Source: Myxococcota bacterium (GTDB taxonomy: Bacteria; Myxococcota_A; UBA796; CAJQPC01). From it: DNA of 64,000 nt. Shown here piece by piece: positions 19,434 to 29,586 of this stretch (within the stretch, counting starts at the first letter, position 1; the number at the start of each line of letters is the position of its first letter). Both the position numbers and the translations under genes were made by a program. Location: positions 96,001-160,000 of the forward strand of contig DASCPX010000016.1 of assembly GCA_036012755.1 (NCBI GenBank), read 5' to 3'. The notes beneath the pieces were generated by a model. That model was not told the origin of the DNA and searched no databases. It was given only the letters and a program-made list of their open reading frames with translations.

Positions 19434-21833
19434 GTGCGCCCCGTGAGTGGCAGCCCCCGGACCGTCTTCGGCCACCTCGCGGCCTTCGTGCTGCGGCACA
19501 ACCGAGCCGTGGCGATCGTCGTGGCGCTGCTCACCATCGCGAGCCTCGGCGTCGCCAGCACGCTCGAGGTCGACTCGAACCTGCTGTCGCTGATGCCGGA
19601 CGACGAGCCAGCGATCGCGGCGCTGCAAGAGCTCGAGGAGAAGGAGGGCGGCGTCAACCTGGTGAGCGTGGCCGTCACCGGGGAGCCAGAGGACACCGGT
19701 CCCTTCATGGCCGAGCTGGCGCAGACGCTCTCCGGGAGCGAGCTCGTCGACTACGCGCTCTACGACGTGGACGACGAGCTGGCCTGGCGCCTCGGCGTCA
19801 TCAACATGGAGATCGGGGCCCTCGAGGAGATCCGCGACCGCCTCAAGGGCGCCCTCGCGCTCGGCCCGGCCATCCAGAACCCCTTCATCGCGGGCCGGCT
19901 GTTGGACCTCGGCCCCCTCACCGAGCAGCTGAGCCAGGCGGACGCCCGCCGTGGAGTGATGTCCGCTGGCGCGGCGGGGGACGATGGACCAGCGGACATC
20001 GAGCGGCTCATCATCCGGCCGGCCGGTGCGGCTCGAGACCTCCCCTTCGCGCGCGCGCTGATGGCGGAGATCTACGGGACCATCGAGGCCATGGACCCAG
20101 AGGCTCGCGGCGTCGTCGTCGAGTGGGTCGGCGGCGCCTACCGCTCGAACGTCGAGGACTACGAAGGCATCCGAGCGGACATGCGGTGGACCGCCGCGGC
20201 CGCCTTCCTGCTCGTGCTGACGCTGCTGGCCTTCGCCCTGCGCGACGTGCGCGCGCTCTTCCTGCTGTTCCTCCCGCTGCTCGTGGGCACCGCCTGGTCC
20301 TTCGGCTTCGCTGGCCTGACCCTCGGGGTCCTCAACACCTTCACGGCGGTCTTCGGCGCCGTCCTCGTTGGCATGGGCATCGACTTCGCGATCCACCTCT
20401 ATACGCGCTACCGCGAGGAGCGGATGTCGGCTCCGGACCTGGAGGCGGCGCTGATCCGGGCTTGGGACGCGGCCGGCCCCCCCTGCACGGCGGCAGCGGT
20501 GACCTCTGCGGGTGGCTTCTGCGCGCTCTTGTTCGCCGACTTCCAGGGCTTCTCCCAGATGGGGCTCTTGTTGGCCTTCGGCGTCATGGCCTGTCTGGTG
20601 TCCGTGCTCGTCTTGATGCCGATCCTCGTGAAGTGGCGGGAAAAGGACTTCCGGCCCTGGCACCGCCGCGAGCTGCAGCTGCGCACGAAGCGGCCACCGA
20701 CCTATCGCCTGGCGCCGGTCGCCTTCCTGCTCTTGAGCCTCGTGACGGTGGTCGCGGTGTTCCTGCTCGGTCGGATCCAGTTCGAGTACGACCTGTCCGA
20801 GCTGCGCCGAGACGGCAGCTCCTATGCCGAGCTCACCGAGCTGGAGCGTGAGCTGACCCGCCTGTCGCTGGCCCCCACCGTCGCCAGCTACCCCGACGCC
20901 GACAGCCTCCTGCAGGCCCACGTCGCGATCGGCGAGTCCATCGATGACGGCTCCCTGTTGACCGTCGACCGCCGCGTCTCCCTCCACTCGGTCATCCCCA
21001 GCGATCAGGACGTCAAGCTCGGCGTCGTCGCTGAGATCAAGGAGTTCAGCGGGCACGAGAACTACGAGCTGTTGCCCGAGTCGATCCGGAACAACCTCGG
21101 GGTGCTCCAGACCGTGCCGCTGCAACCCGTGACCACCGCCGACCTCCCGCGAGGCCTGCAGCACGTCACCGGCGCCTCCTCTGGCGAGCACCGCCTGCTG
21201 CTCTTCCCCGGGGGCAACGTCTACGACCTCCGCTTCGTCGAGCAGATGAAGGCCGAGCTCGAAGCCCTGATGCCGAATGTGTCCCTGGCGGGCGAGTTCC
21301 TCGGGCTCGGCGCCCTGGCCTCCGTCATCAAGCGAGACGCGCCCATCGTGGGCATCGGAGCGCTGGTGCTGGTGATGATCGGCACCCTCCTGGATCTCCG
21401 CAAGCCCTCGCGTGCCTTCGGTGCCATGGCGCTGCTCCTCGCCGGGATGGTCTGGGCCGGCGCCGCCGTGGGCCTCGCGCGCGTGAAGCTGTCCATAGTG
21501 AACATCGTGGGCATTCCCATCCTCCTCGGCATCGGCGTGGACGTGGTCATCCACCTCTTGCATCGCCTCGAGGAGGAGGGCCCCGGTCGCGTGCTGAAGG
21601 CCCTGTCGACGACCGGATGGGCCTCTGGCCTGTCCGCGGCCACCACCGTCCTGTCCTTCGCCTCGCTCGCCCTGGCTACCAACCGCGGCATCCAGAGCCT
21701 CGGCATGCTCGTCCTGGTCGGCCTCACCACGGTCACCATCGCGGCATTCCTCTTCGTGCCCACCGGCTGGATGACCGTGTGGAAGATCGCTGGCGACGCC
21801 CCCGCTGATCCACCTCGCGACAGAGAGCGGTAG
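19434..21833 (+). CDS. MMPL/RND family lipid transporter
   Basis: Two membrane halves with GMGIDFAIHL and GIGVDVVIHL. Confidence 0.9.
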   Translation: MRPVSGSPRTVFGHLAAFVLRHNRAVAIVVALLTIASLGVASTLEVDSNLLSLMPDDEPAIAALQELEEKEGGVNLVSVAVTGEPEDTGPFMAELAQTLSGSELVDYALYDVDDELAWRLGVINMEIGALEEIRDRLKGALALGPAIQNPFIAGRLLDLGPLTEQLSQADARRGVMSAGAAGDDGPADIERLIIRPAGAARDLPFARALMAEIYGTIEAMDPEARGVVVEWVGGAYRSNVEDYEGIRADMRWTAAAAFLLVLTLLAFALRDVRALFLLFLPLLVGTAWSFGFAGLTLGVLNTFTAVFGAVLVGMGIDFAIHLYTRYREERMSAPDLEAALIRAWDAAGPPCTAAAVTSAGGFCALLFADFQGFSQMGLLLAFGVMACLVSVLVLMPILVKWREKDFRPWHRRELQLRTKRPPTYRLAPVAFLLLSLVTVVAVFLLGRIQFEYDLSELRRDGSSYAELTELERELTRLSLAPTVASYPDADSLLQAHVAIGESIDDGSLLTVDRRVSLHSVIPSDQDVKLGVVAEIKEFSGHENYELLPESIRNNLGVLQTVPLQPVTTADLPRGLQHVTGASSGEHRLLLFPGGNVYDLRFVEQMKAELEALMPNVSLAGEFLGLGALASVIKRDAPIVGIGALVLVMIGTLLDLRKPSRAFGAMALLLAGMVWAGAAVGLARVKLSIVNIVGIPILLGIGVDVVIHLLHRLEEEGPGRVLKALSTTGWASGLSAATTVLSFASLALATNRGIQSLGMLVLVGLTTVTIAAFLFVPTGWMTVWKIAGDAPADPPRDRER

Positions 21834-21842
21834 GCTCGATTC

Positions 21843-22589
21843 GTGATTCGGGCCGATCCCCGCAACCTCCGCGCGCAGGAGCTCTTGAAGAGCCTCGACG
21901 GGCGCTTGCCGCCGCTACCAGAGGACCTCGTCCTCGTCCTGGGCGGCGACGGCCACATGCTCGCGGTCATCCACGCCCTCGGTGTAGGCAAGACCTACCT
22001 CGGCTTGAACTGCGGGCGGATCGGCTTCCTGCTCAACGACCCCCCGGAGCTCGAGGTGCTGCTCGAGGTGCTCGGCCAGCGCCGGTGGATGACCCGCGAG
22101 GTCTCCCGGCTCAAGCTCGAGGGACACACGGTCGAGGGGAAGAAGGTCTTCGACCGGGCGCTGAACGACATCTACCTCGAGCGCATGACAGGCCAGACGG
22201 CCCACCTCGAGCTCAGCGTCGACGGCAAGCTCCTCGTCAAGCGCATGGTCTGTGACGGCGTCATCGTCTCCACGGCCCTGGGCTCGACCGCCTACGCGCT
22301 GGCCGCGGGCGGCGCCGCGTGCCACTTCGGCCTGCGATGCATCCAGCTCACCCCCATCGCCCCGCACAAGCCTCGCCTGCCCAGCATCGTGCTGCCGGAC
22401 GACGCCGTCATCGAGGTGGGCGTCCGCTACCCGGACCTGCGGCCGGTCCGTGCGGTCAGCGACGGTCGCGATCACAACGACATCAGCTCGGTGCGCATCT
22501 CGAAGACCCGCGGCCGCGTGCGCCTGGCCTTTCTCGAGGGGCACCACCCGACCACGGCGCTCGTGCGGAAGCTGGTGGAGGTAGGCTGA
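21843..22589 (+). CDS. nadK: NAD(+) kinase
   Basis: LGGDG, NCGRIGFLLN, ALND, DGVIVSTALGSTAYALAAGG. Confidence 0.88.
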   Translation: MIRADPRNLRAQELLKSLDGRLPPLPEDLVLVLGGDGHMLAVIHALGVGKTYLGLNCGRIGFLLNDPPELEVLLEVLGQRRWMTREVSRLKLEGHTVEGKKVFDRALNDIYLERMTGQTAHLELSVDGKLLVKRMVCDGVIVSTALGSTAYALAAGGAACHFGLRCIQLTPIAPHKPRLPSIVLPDDAVIEVGVRYPDLRPVRAVSDGRDHNDISSVRISKTRGRVRLAFLEGHHPTTALVRKLVEVG

Positions 22590-22593
22590 GCAG

Positions 22594-23223
22594 ATGAGAC
22601 TCCGCGCCACGCTGTTGTTGTTCGCTGCGCTCTGTATCGGCTGCTCGATCTTCTAGGGCACCCCGGACTCCGGCTTCGTGGAGTCGGTCCCCGACTCGGG
22701 CGACAGCAGCACCGGCGACCTCTTCGTGCACTGCGGCTCCCTCACGATCGAGCCTGGCGCCGTGGTCCGTGTGGAGGAGGGCGCCGGCTTCGTCATCGGG
22801 GCCGACGACTACGAGGCCAGCCTGCTGGCCGAGGGCACAGTGGACAGCCCGATCCGCTTCCACAACGGCAAGACGCTGTCCTTCGGCAAGAACGGCGCCG
22901 CCGGCCTCGTCGCCCAGGGCACGGAGGCCGCGCCGATCACCTTCACCTCCCAGGAGTCGAACGCCGCGGGCGCCTGGGACGGCGTCATCTTCTACGGCAA
23001 CGTCGAGGACGAGCAGGTCATCCTCGAGCACGTGGTCGTCGAGAACGGAGGCGCTGGCGCCCTGGACGGAGCCCTGCACTTCAAGGACGCCGGAGGCTCG
23101 CTCGACAACGTCGAGATCACCAACTCGGAGACCTGGGGTCTCTACATCGAGGGGGACAGCAGCCCCACGCTGGGTGAGATCACCGGCGAGGGCAACGCCG
23201 AGGGGCTGATCTACCAGGAGTAG
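22594..23223 (+). pseudogene. Lipoprotein with beta-helix-like repeats, interrupted by an in-frame TAG at 22654-22656
   Basis: MRLRATLLLFAALCIGCSIF*GTPDSG... is in frame with ORF 22678..23223 (AEGTVDSPIRF / AQGTEAAPITFT repeats). Confidence 0.65.
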
Positions 23224-23236
23224 GTAGACTCCCCGC

Positions 23237-24085
23237 GTGAAGCTGCTCCGCGCGCACGGGCTAGGCAACGACTACCTGGTCCTCTGGTCCGAGGGCCCGG
23301 TCGAGGCCCCCTCGCGCGAGTTCGTCCGTGCCCTGTGCGACCGCCACACCGGTGTCGGCTCCGACGGGCTGGTGGTGCAAGCCGAGCGCGGAGGAGGCGA
23401 CTACGGGCTCCGCATCTTCAACCCCGACGGCAGCGAGGCCGAGAAGTCCGGAAACGGCATCCGCATCTTCGCCCGCTACCTGCACGTCCACCACGGCGCC
23501 CCGCCCGCCTTCACGCTGTCGACCCTCGGCGGTCTCGTGCCATGCCACGTCAGCGGCGACGATGTCACGGCGGACATGGGCACCGCCTCGTTTCGGCCGG
23601 CGGACATCCCCTGCCTCCTGGAGGTCGACGAGGCCATCGAGCAGCCCCTGGCCAGCGCCGGAGAGAACTTCGTCTTCACGGGGGTCGGGATCGGAAACCC
23701 ACACTGCGTCATCTTCCGCGAAGAGGCGCTGCTCGACGCCACCCGCTGGCGACGCTGGGGGCCGCTCTTGGAGGCCCACCCGCTGTTTCCGAACCGCACC
23801 AACGTCCAGTTCGCGAGGGTCCGCGGTCCCCGAAAGGTCGAGATCCGGATCTGGGAGCGAGGCGCTGGGGCGACCTCTGCCAGCGGCTCCTCCAGCTGTG
23901 CGGTGGCGGCTGCCGCCGTGCGGACCGGGCGCTGCGAGCCTGGCTTCGTCGCCGTCCACATGCCCGGAGGCGTCCTCGACGTCATCGTCGGCGAGGACCT
24001 CAGCCTGCGCCTGCGGGGACCGGTAGAGGAGATAGGCCTCTTCGAGCTGTCCGAGGCCTGGCTCTCCGCTCGTCAGGGCACGTAG
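23237..24085 (+). CDS. dapF: Diaminopimelate epimerase
   Basis: HGLGNDY, NPDGSEAEKSGNGIR, GNPHCV, NVQF, WERGAGATSASGSSSCA (Ser at both usual catalytic Cys positions). Confidence 0.9.
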   Translation: MKLLRAHGLGNDYLVLWSEGPVEAPSREFVRALCDRHTGVGSDGLVVQAERGGGDYGLRIFNPDGSEAEKSGNGIRIFARYLHVHHGAPPAFTLSTLGGLVPCHVSGDDVTADMGTASFRPADIPCLLEVDEAIEQPLASAGENFVFTGVGIGNPHCVIFREEALLDATRWRRWGPLLEAHPLFPNRTNVQFARVRGPRKVEIRIWERGAGATSASGSSSCAVAAAAVRTGRCEPGFVAVHMPGGVLDVIVGEDLSLRLRGPVEEIGLFELSEAWLSARQGT

Positions 24086-24558
24086 GTCAGGGGCCCGATC
24101 CGCTGCAGGAGGAAGTAGCTCGGGGTGGGCACACCGAAGAGGTCCGATCGGCCGAGGAGCCAGGTGAGCCCTCGCTCCTCCAAGGCCACCAGCGGATCGA
24201 CCATCGCGCCGTAGACGAGCTCCAGGCGGCCCTGTCCCTCGCGCACCCTGTAGTGGCCGAAGGTCAGGGGGAGCTCGCGCTTCATGATCGGCCGGACCTC
24301 GCCACGGAGCCCTGTCTGCTCCAGGCGCACGTTCCAGCCACGCAGCTCGGCTCCGTCGCGATGGAAGGTCTTCTCGAAGGTCTTCCAGAACAGGCGGTCG
24401 AAGAGCGCGGGCAGGCCCAGGGAGATGCCCCGATAGCGGCTGTCGTCCAGCTCACACGGGTCGATGGCGTGGCCCCCATCGAGCGCCTCGCGGAGCTCGC
24501 GGCCGCCCATGGCCAGGAAGCTCTCGATCACGGTGGGTGTCAGCATTGGTAAGACCAA
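24073..24558 (-). CDS. Hypothetical protein (start uncertain)
   Basis: Protein-like composition; fills the gap between dapF and the radical SAM gene. Confidence 0.65.
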   Translation of the reverse strand: MVLPMLTPTVIESFLAMGGRELREALDGGHAIDPCELDDSRYRGISLGLPALFDRLFWKTFEKTFHRDGAELRGWNVRLEQTGLRGEVRPIMKRELPLTFGHYRVREGQGRLELVYGAMVDPLVALEERGLTWLLGRSDLFGVPTPSYFLLQRIGPLTYVP

Positions 24559-24659
24559 TAGGCTGATTGCGCGCGAGGAGCAAGCGGGTGAGTTGACGGC
24601 GTGCCCCGGGCTCGCAAGGATCCCGCCACCAATCGCCTAGGCCCCTGGAGGCTGCCCCC

Positions 24660-26066
24660 ATGCGGCTCATGCTCGTGCGCGCGCCCGCCAAGCACACAGT
24701 CGAGAGCGAGGTCCCGGACGCGGTCTCGGCCGAGAACCAGAGCTACCCGCCCCTGGCGCTGTTGTCCCTGGCGACGCACATCGCCCACAACACTGCTCAC
24801 GAGGTCTGCATCCTCGACGCCCAGCTGGAGAACCTCGACTACGAAGAGGTGCAGGCGCGCATGGCCGAGTGGAAGCCCGACGTCGTCGGGGTCACGGTCT
24901 ACACGGTCGGTCTCGTCGACTGTCATCGCACGGTCGAGGTCGCCCGCAGGGTCTCCAGCGTGAAGCACGTCGTGCTCGGCGGTCCACACATCAACGACTT
25001 CCCGATGGAGTCGGTCGGCCTCGCCGGCGTGGACGCGGTCGTCAAGGGAGAGGGACAGCGACCGCTGGAGCTGTTGCTCGACTGCTGGGCCAGCGGCGGG
25101 ATCGCGAAGGGCATCCCCGGCGTGGTCGCCCATCCAGAGGACGAGGTGCCGGAGTCGGACACCTACTTCTCGAACGACCTGGACGACTACCCGGTCCTCG
25201 ACCTCGAGCTCATCGAGTTCGAGAAGTACTACGACGTCATGGGTCAGGGCGGCGTGTTCACGACGCTGATCACCTCTCGCGGATGCCCCTACCGCTGCAC
25301 CTTCTGCAACACCCCGAGGCATCGCTACCGCGTGATGACCCCCGGGCGGGTCTGCGACGAGCTCGAGAGCGCGCTGGCGAAGGGCATCTCAGAGGTCTAC
25401 TTCGTCGACGACACCTTCAACATCACGAACAAGCGGGTCTCGGAGCTCTGCGACGAGATCATCCGCCGGGGGCTCGACTTCGTCTGGACGGTGCGCTTCC
25501 GCGTGAAGGGCATGAACCGCGAGCTGCTCACCAAGATGAAGGCAGCGGGCTGCCAGCGCATCCAGTTCGGCGTCGAGCAGGGCACAGAGGAGGGGCTGTT
25601 GGTCCTGCGAAAGGACGTCACGGTCGCCGAGATCCACAACGCCTTCTCGCTGTGTCGCGAGGTCGGCATCAACACCGTCGCCTACTTCATGATCGGCACC
25701 CCCGTCGAGCGCCGGCGCGAAGACGTGATGCAGACAATCCAGTACGCGATCGACCTCGACCCCGACTTCGTGATGTTCAACATCCTCACGCCCTTTCCGG
25801 GCACGCGGATCTTCGACCAGGGCATGGAGTCCGGGGTGCTGGACATCGAGCCCTGGAAGTCCTTCATGGCCAACCCGGACGAGGGCTTCAAGGCCCAGGT
25901 CTGGGAGGAGCACTTCACCGGGGCCGAGCTCCGCGAGATGCTCGACACCGCCTACAAGCGCTTCTACTGGCGGCCCAAGTTCGTGGTGCGCAACCTCACG
26001 CAGATCAGGAACCCGCTCGACTTCATGCGCAAGGCCAAGGCGGGGGTCCGGCTGCTGACCGGTTGA
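24660..26066 (+). CDS. Cobalamin-dependent radical SAM enzyme
   Basis: PPLALL, GGPH, GEG B12-binding domain; TSRGCPYRCTFC; FVDDTF. Confidence 0.93.
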   Translation: MRLMLVRAPAKHTVESEVPDAVSAENQSYPPLALLSLATHIAHNTAHEVCILDAQLENLDYEEVQARMAEWKPDVVGVTVYTVGLVDCHRTVEVARRVSSVKHVVLGGPHINDFPMESVGLAGVDAVVKGEGQRPLELLLDCWASGGIAKGIPGVVAHPEDEVPESDTYFSNDLDDYPVLDLELIEFEKYYDVMGQGGVFTTLITSRGCPYRCTFCNTPRHRYRVMTPGRVCDELESALAKGISEVYFVDDTFNITNKRVSELCDEIIRRGLDFVWTVRFRVKGMNRELLTKMKAAGCQRIQFGVEQGTEEGLLVLRKDVTVAEIHNAFSLCREVGINTVAYFMIGTPVERRREDVMQTIQYAIDLDPDFVMFNILTPFPGTRIFDQGMESGVLDIEPWKSFMANPDEGFKAQVWEEHFTGAELREMLDTAYKRFYWRPKFVVRNLTQIRNPLDFMRKAKAGVRLLTG

Positions 26067-26088
26067 GACCGCGGAGTAGGCTCCGGGG

Positions 26089-27861
26089 GTGAAGCGCATC
26101 CTCCTCGCGACCGCGGCCTTCGTCAGCCTCCTGCCTTGCCTGCAGCCTTCGGTGGCGGTCTACGTCGACAACGCGCCGCATCTCGTCGAGGTCGCGGCGA
26201 TGGCGGACGCCTGGCCGGCTGTGGTGTCGTGGACCGATCGGGCCAACTCGGGCATGGTCGTCGGCCAGCTCAACGCTCCGCTGGCCTGGTGGCCGCTGGC
26301 GGGTGCGGTCCGGGCGGGCCTCCCGCTGGTGCCCCTGTACGTGGCCTGCGTCTTTCTCTCCAACCTGGTCTTCGCCTTCGGGGCCTACAGGTTGGGGAGG
26401 CGCCTCGTCGGCGAGGACGCTGGCTGGCTCGCCGCGGTGCTGCTGACGACCAGCGCCTTCGACCTCTACGGCATCGCAGGGGCCGCCGGGGGCATGTGGC
26501 CTTTCCGCCTGTCATGCGGGCTGTTGATGTACGGCATCGGCGCCCGCTGGCGCTCCGGGCTGTGGCTCGCGGCGGTGATGCTGCTCCACACCTTCACGGC
26601 GGTCGCGGCGGTGCTGGTGACCCTGGTCCTGGCGGCGCGAGAACCCAGGCGCCTGCTGCACCTCGGGCTGGCGCTGCTGCTCTCGGCCCTGTGGTGGGGA
26701 CCGCTGTTGGATCCCTCCCTGCGCGGGTTTTCGGGCTTCTGGGAGATGGGCCCGCTGGACACGCTGTTGGTCATGTTCTTCCCCGCCGAGGTGTTGCCCT
26801 GGCGGCTCCTCGGCGAGGTCTCTCCGGTGGGCGGTGCTCCCGGCCTGGCCTTCCTCGTCGTGGCCGGGCTCGGTGCCGCCATGGCCCTGTTCCGTCGGCG
26901 CCTGGAGGACCGCGTCCTGGCCCTGCAACTCGGGGGGGTCGTCGCGGTGTTCGTGGTCGGTGGGGCCGTGCTCTACCCGCTCTTCGAGTTTTCGCTGTTG
27001 GGCCCGAACCCCTGGCGCCACTACCTCTGGGTGCGCGTGGCCCTGGCGCTGGCGGCGGGGGTGGGGCTCTCGGTCCTTCCCCTGCGGGCTCAGGGTCTGC
27101 TCGTGGTCGGGCTGGCCATCCTCGCGGCCTGGGCTGGGGGCCGCGAGCTCCAGATGAGCCCGGGGCTGCTCGACGACCTGGAGGCGACCTGGGAGCTGGC
27201 GCCAGATGGTCGCGTCTACCACGAAGACAGCCTCTTCAAGCCCGGCGCCCCCACGGACCTGACCCGAGGACACGCCGGGGCCCTGCTCGGCACCACGCGC
27301 GAGGTCCTCGGCAGCTGGTACACCGTGTCTTCGGTCCCGACGGTCGGTCCCAGCGCCAGCGAGGCCGGCGCCATCTTGGGCCAGGTCGCCCAACAGCTCG
27401 ATCTGCAGCAGCTCCACCGCAGCCTGCGCACCTACGGGGCGAGCTCGCTGATCTCTGTCTCGGGGTTGCAGCTCTCTGAAGGCGGCTACTTCGAGGACCT
27501 CGGCGGCCACGGCCCCTTCCGCGCCTGGCGGGTGGTCGGCGAGGACCAGCCGATCCTCGGCAGTCGAGACGGGGAGGTCAGCCTGGTCTCGACCCGGCCC
27601 ACCGAGGTCGTGGCGCGGGTACCGGAGGGTCCCTTCCGCCTGCGCAAGAGCTGGCATCCCTGGTGGAGCGCCACCCTGGACGGGGAGCCCGTCGAGCTGA
27701 AAGCTGGCCTCTCGGGTCTCGTCGAGGCCACCGCGCCGAGGGCCGGACAGCTCGTGATCTCCTGGTCGAACTCGGGCGCTGTCTGGGCCTGGGTGAGCCT
27801 CCTGGGGCTGGTCCTGGCGGGAGCCCTGGAGTGGCCTCGTCGGCGCAGCAGTCCGTCCTGA
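26089..27861 (+). CDS. Polytopic membrane protein, GT-C / YfhO-like
   Basis: Many TM segments, D..PH early loop, C-terminal SWHPWWSATLDG before a final TM. Confidence 0.6.
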   Translation: MKRILLATAAFVSLLPCLQPSVAVYVDNAPHLVEVAAMADAWPAVVSWTDRANSGMVVGQLNAPLAWWPLAGAVRAGLPLVPLYVACVFLSNLVFAFGAYRLGRRLVGEDAGWLAAVLLTTSAFDLYGIAGAAGGMWPFRLSCGLLMYGIGARWRSGLWLAAVMLLHTFTAVAAVLVTLVLAAREPRRLLHLGLALLLSALWWGPLLDPSLRGFSGFWEMGPLDTLLVMFFPAEVLPWRLLGEVSPVGGAPGLAFLVVAGLGAAMALFRRRLEDRVLALQLGGVVAVFVVGGAVLYPLFEFSLLGPNPWRHYLWVRVALALAAGVGLSVLPLRAQGLLVVGLAILAAWAGGRELQMSPGLLDDLEATWELAPDGRVYHEDSLFKPGAPTDLTRGHAGALLGTTREVLGSWYTVSSVPTVGPSASEAGAILGQVAQQLDLQQLHRSLRTYGASSLISVSGLQLSEGGYFEDLGGHGPFRAWRVVGEDQPILGSRDGEVSLVSTRPTEVVARVPEGPFRLRKSWHPWWSATLDGEPVELKAGLSGLVEATAPRAGQLVISWSNSGAVWAWVSLLGLVLAGALEWPRRRSSPS

Positions 27862-27943
27862 CGTGGGCATGACATGTTCGCCTGGCCTGCGTCGCAAGCG
27901 ATCGGAATCGCGCACGTTCTGCGCTCCGCCGTCTTAGATACCC

Positions 27944-29584
27944 TTGGATGCCTCCGCTGGGGGTTCTCTGCCTGGGAGCTGGAAGTTGGCCGAACACGAG
28001 AACGCACCGCACCTGTCCGCGGACAACCCGCCCCAGGGTGCCAATGGGCGCTTCCACGTGGCCCTGATCACCATCTACAGCGTCGAGAACGCAGGCATCC
28101 GCTACATCTCCGCGGCGCTGCAGCGCATCGGGGTGGAGACCACGATCATCTTCCTGCGGGACTGGGTGAACAACCGCCTGGAGATGCCCTCCGAGAAGGA
28201 GTTCTCCATCCTCATGGACACGCTCCATGACAAGAAGCCCGACCTCATCGGGATCGGCTTCATGTCCTCGCTGTTGCCCATGGCCAAGGAGCTGACCAGG
28301 CGTCTGGAGCGGGTCTTCCCCTCGACCCCACAGATCTGGGGAGGCATCCACCCCACCAGCGTGCCCGAGCAGTGCATCGAGTACGTCGACTACCTCTGCC
28401 TGGGCGAAGGCGAGGTCGCCATCTGTGACCTCGTGCGCGCCATGTCCGACGGCGAGCCCACCGACGACATCCCCAACATCTGGAAGCGGGACGCCGACGG
28501 CACGGTGCACGAGAACAAGCCGCGCCCGCTCATCCAGGACCTCGACTGGCTGCCCTACCCGGACACCGCCGACGAGAACAAGGTCTACATCGAGAAGGGC
28601 AAGGTCTCCATCGAGGAGCCCTGGAAGCGCGGGGCCGAGTACCGCATCTACTTCTCGCGTGGCTGTCCCTACAACTGCAGCTACTGCTACGTCAGCATCC
28701 TGCGCGACGTCTACGACGAGAAGGGACGCAAGTTCTACCGGGCGCGATCCGTCGAGCACATCCTCGGCGAGCTCGAGCACATGCAGAGGACCTTCCCGAA
28801 GATCGCCCGGATCAAGGTCGACGACGACACCAGCTTCGCCTTCGGGCAGGACTGGATGGACGAGTTCCTCGAGAAGTACCCCGGTCGCATCGGTGTGCCC
28901 TTCGAGTGCCTGCTCATCCCCCCGATGCTGCGCAAGGACATGCTCTACAAGCTCAAGGACGCAGGGCTCATCCGCGTCCAGACGGGCATCGAGAGCGGCT
29001 CGAGCAAGGAGTCCAAGGAGCTCCACAACCGCTCCCCGGGCAACCAGGCGATCATGAACTTCGCGGAGTTCAACAAGGATCTCCAGATGGACATCGTCTA
29101 CGACATCATCGTGGACAACCCCCACGCGACAGAGGAGATGAAGCTCGAGACCGCCGAGTTCCTGCTCGAGCTGCCGCTGCCCTACAGCATCTTCTTCTAC
29201 AGCCTCAACTACTTCCCGGGCACCGCCCTCACCAAGCAGGGGCTGGCCGACGGCACGTTGGATCCCAACCTCGTCGAGGGCAACAACAACAAGGCCTGGT
29301 ACCAGTTCCGCGTGTCGATGGACTGGCCTCGCAGCGACGAAGACAGGTTCTACCTGGCGATCTTCTGCCTCGCGTCGAAGTCCTTCGTGCCGCGCAGCTT
29401 CATCCGCCGGCTCATCGACAACCGCGAGCACTGGAAGCAGAACGTCGAGCCGGTCTTCTACCTGGCCTGGGCCGCGAACTACGTGCGCATGTTCAAGGTG
29501 GCCTTCGACTACTTCAAGCGCGGCGAGCTGACCTGGTTCAAGGTCCGGCAGTACGGCGACATCCGCAAGCTGATCAGCCAGTAG
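27944..29584 (+). CDS. Cobalamin-dependent radical SAM enzyme (start uncertain)
   Basis: WGGIHPT, GEGE, FSRGCPYNCSYC, GIESGS, YFPGT. Confidence 0.92.
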   Translation: MDASAGGSLPGSWKLAEHENAPHLSADNPPQGANGRFHVALITIYSVENAGIRYISAALQRIGVETTIIFLRDWVNNRLEMPSEKEFSILMDTLHDKKPDLIGIGFMSSLLPMAKELTRRLERVFPSTPQIWGGIHPTSVPEQCIEYVDYLCLGEGEVAICDLVRAMSDGEPTDDIPNIWKRDADGTVHENKPRPLIQDLDWLPYPDTADENKVYIEKGKVSIEEPWKRGAEYRIYFSRGCPYNCSYCYVSILRDVYDEKGRKFYRARSVEHILGELEHMQRTFPKIARIKVDDDTSFAFGQDWMDEFLEKYPGRIGVPFECLLIPPMLRKDMLYKLKDAGLIRVQTGIESGSSKESKELHNRSPGNQAIMNFAEFNKDLQMDIVYDIIVDNPHATEEMKLETAEFLLELPLPYSIFFYSLNYFPGTALTKQGLADGTLDPNLVEGNNNKAWYQFRVSMDWPRSDEDRFYLAIFCLASKSFVPRSFIRRLIDNREHWKQNVEPVFYLAWAANYVRMFKVAFDYFKRGELTWFKVRQYGDIRKLISQ

Positions 29585-29586
29585 CC

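Noticed and set aside
22654..22656. Pyrrolysine or genetic-code reassignment of TAG
   Set aside because: TAG terminates many conserved genes in this window, and no pyl genes are present.
27862..27943. Cobalamin riboswitch upstream of the B12 radical SAM gene
   Set aside because: The gap is short and has no B12-box or GGGAA core motifs.
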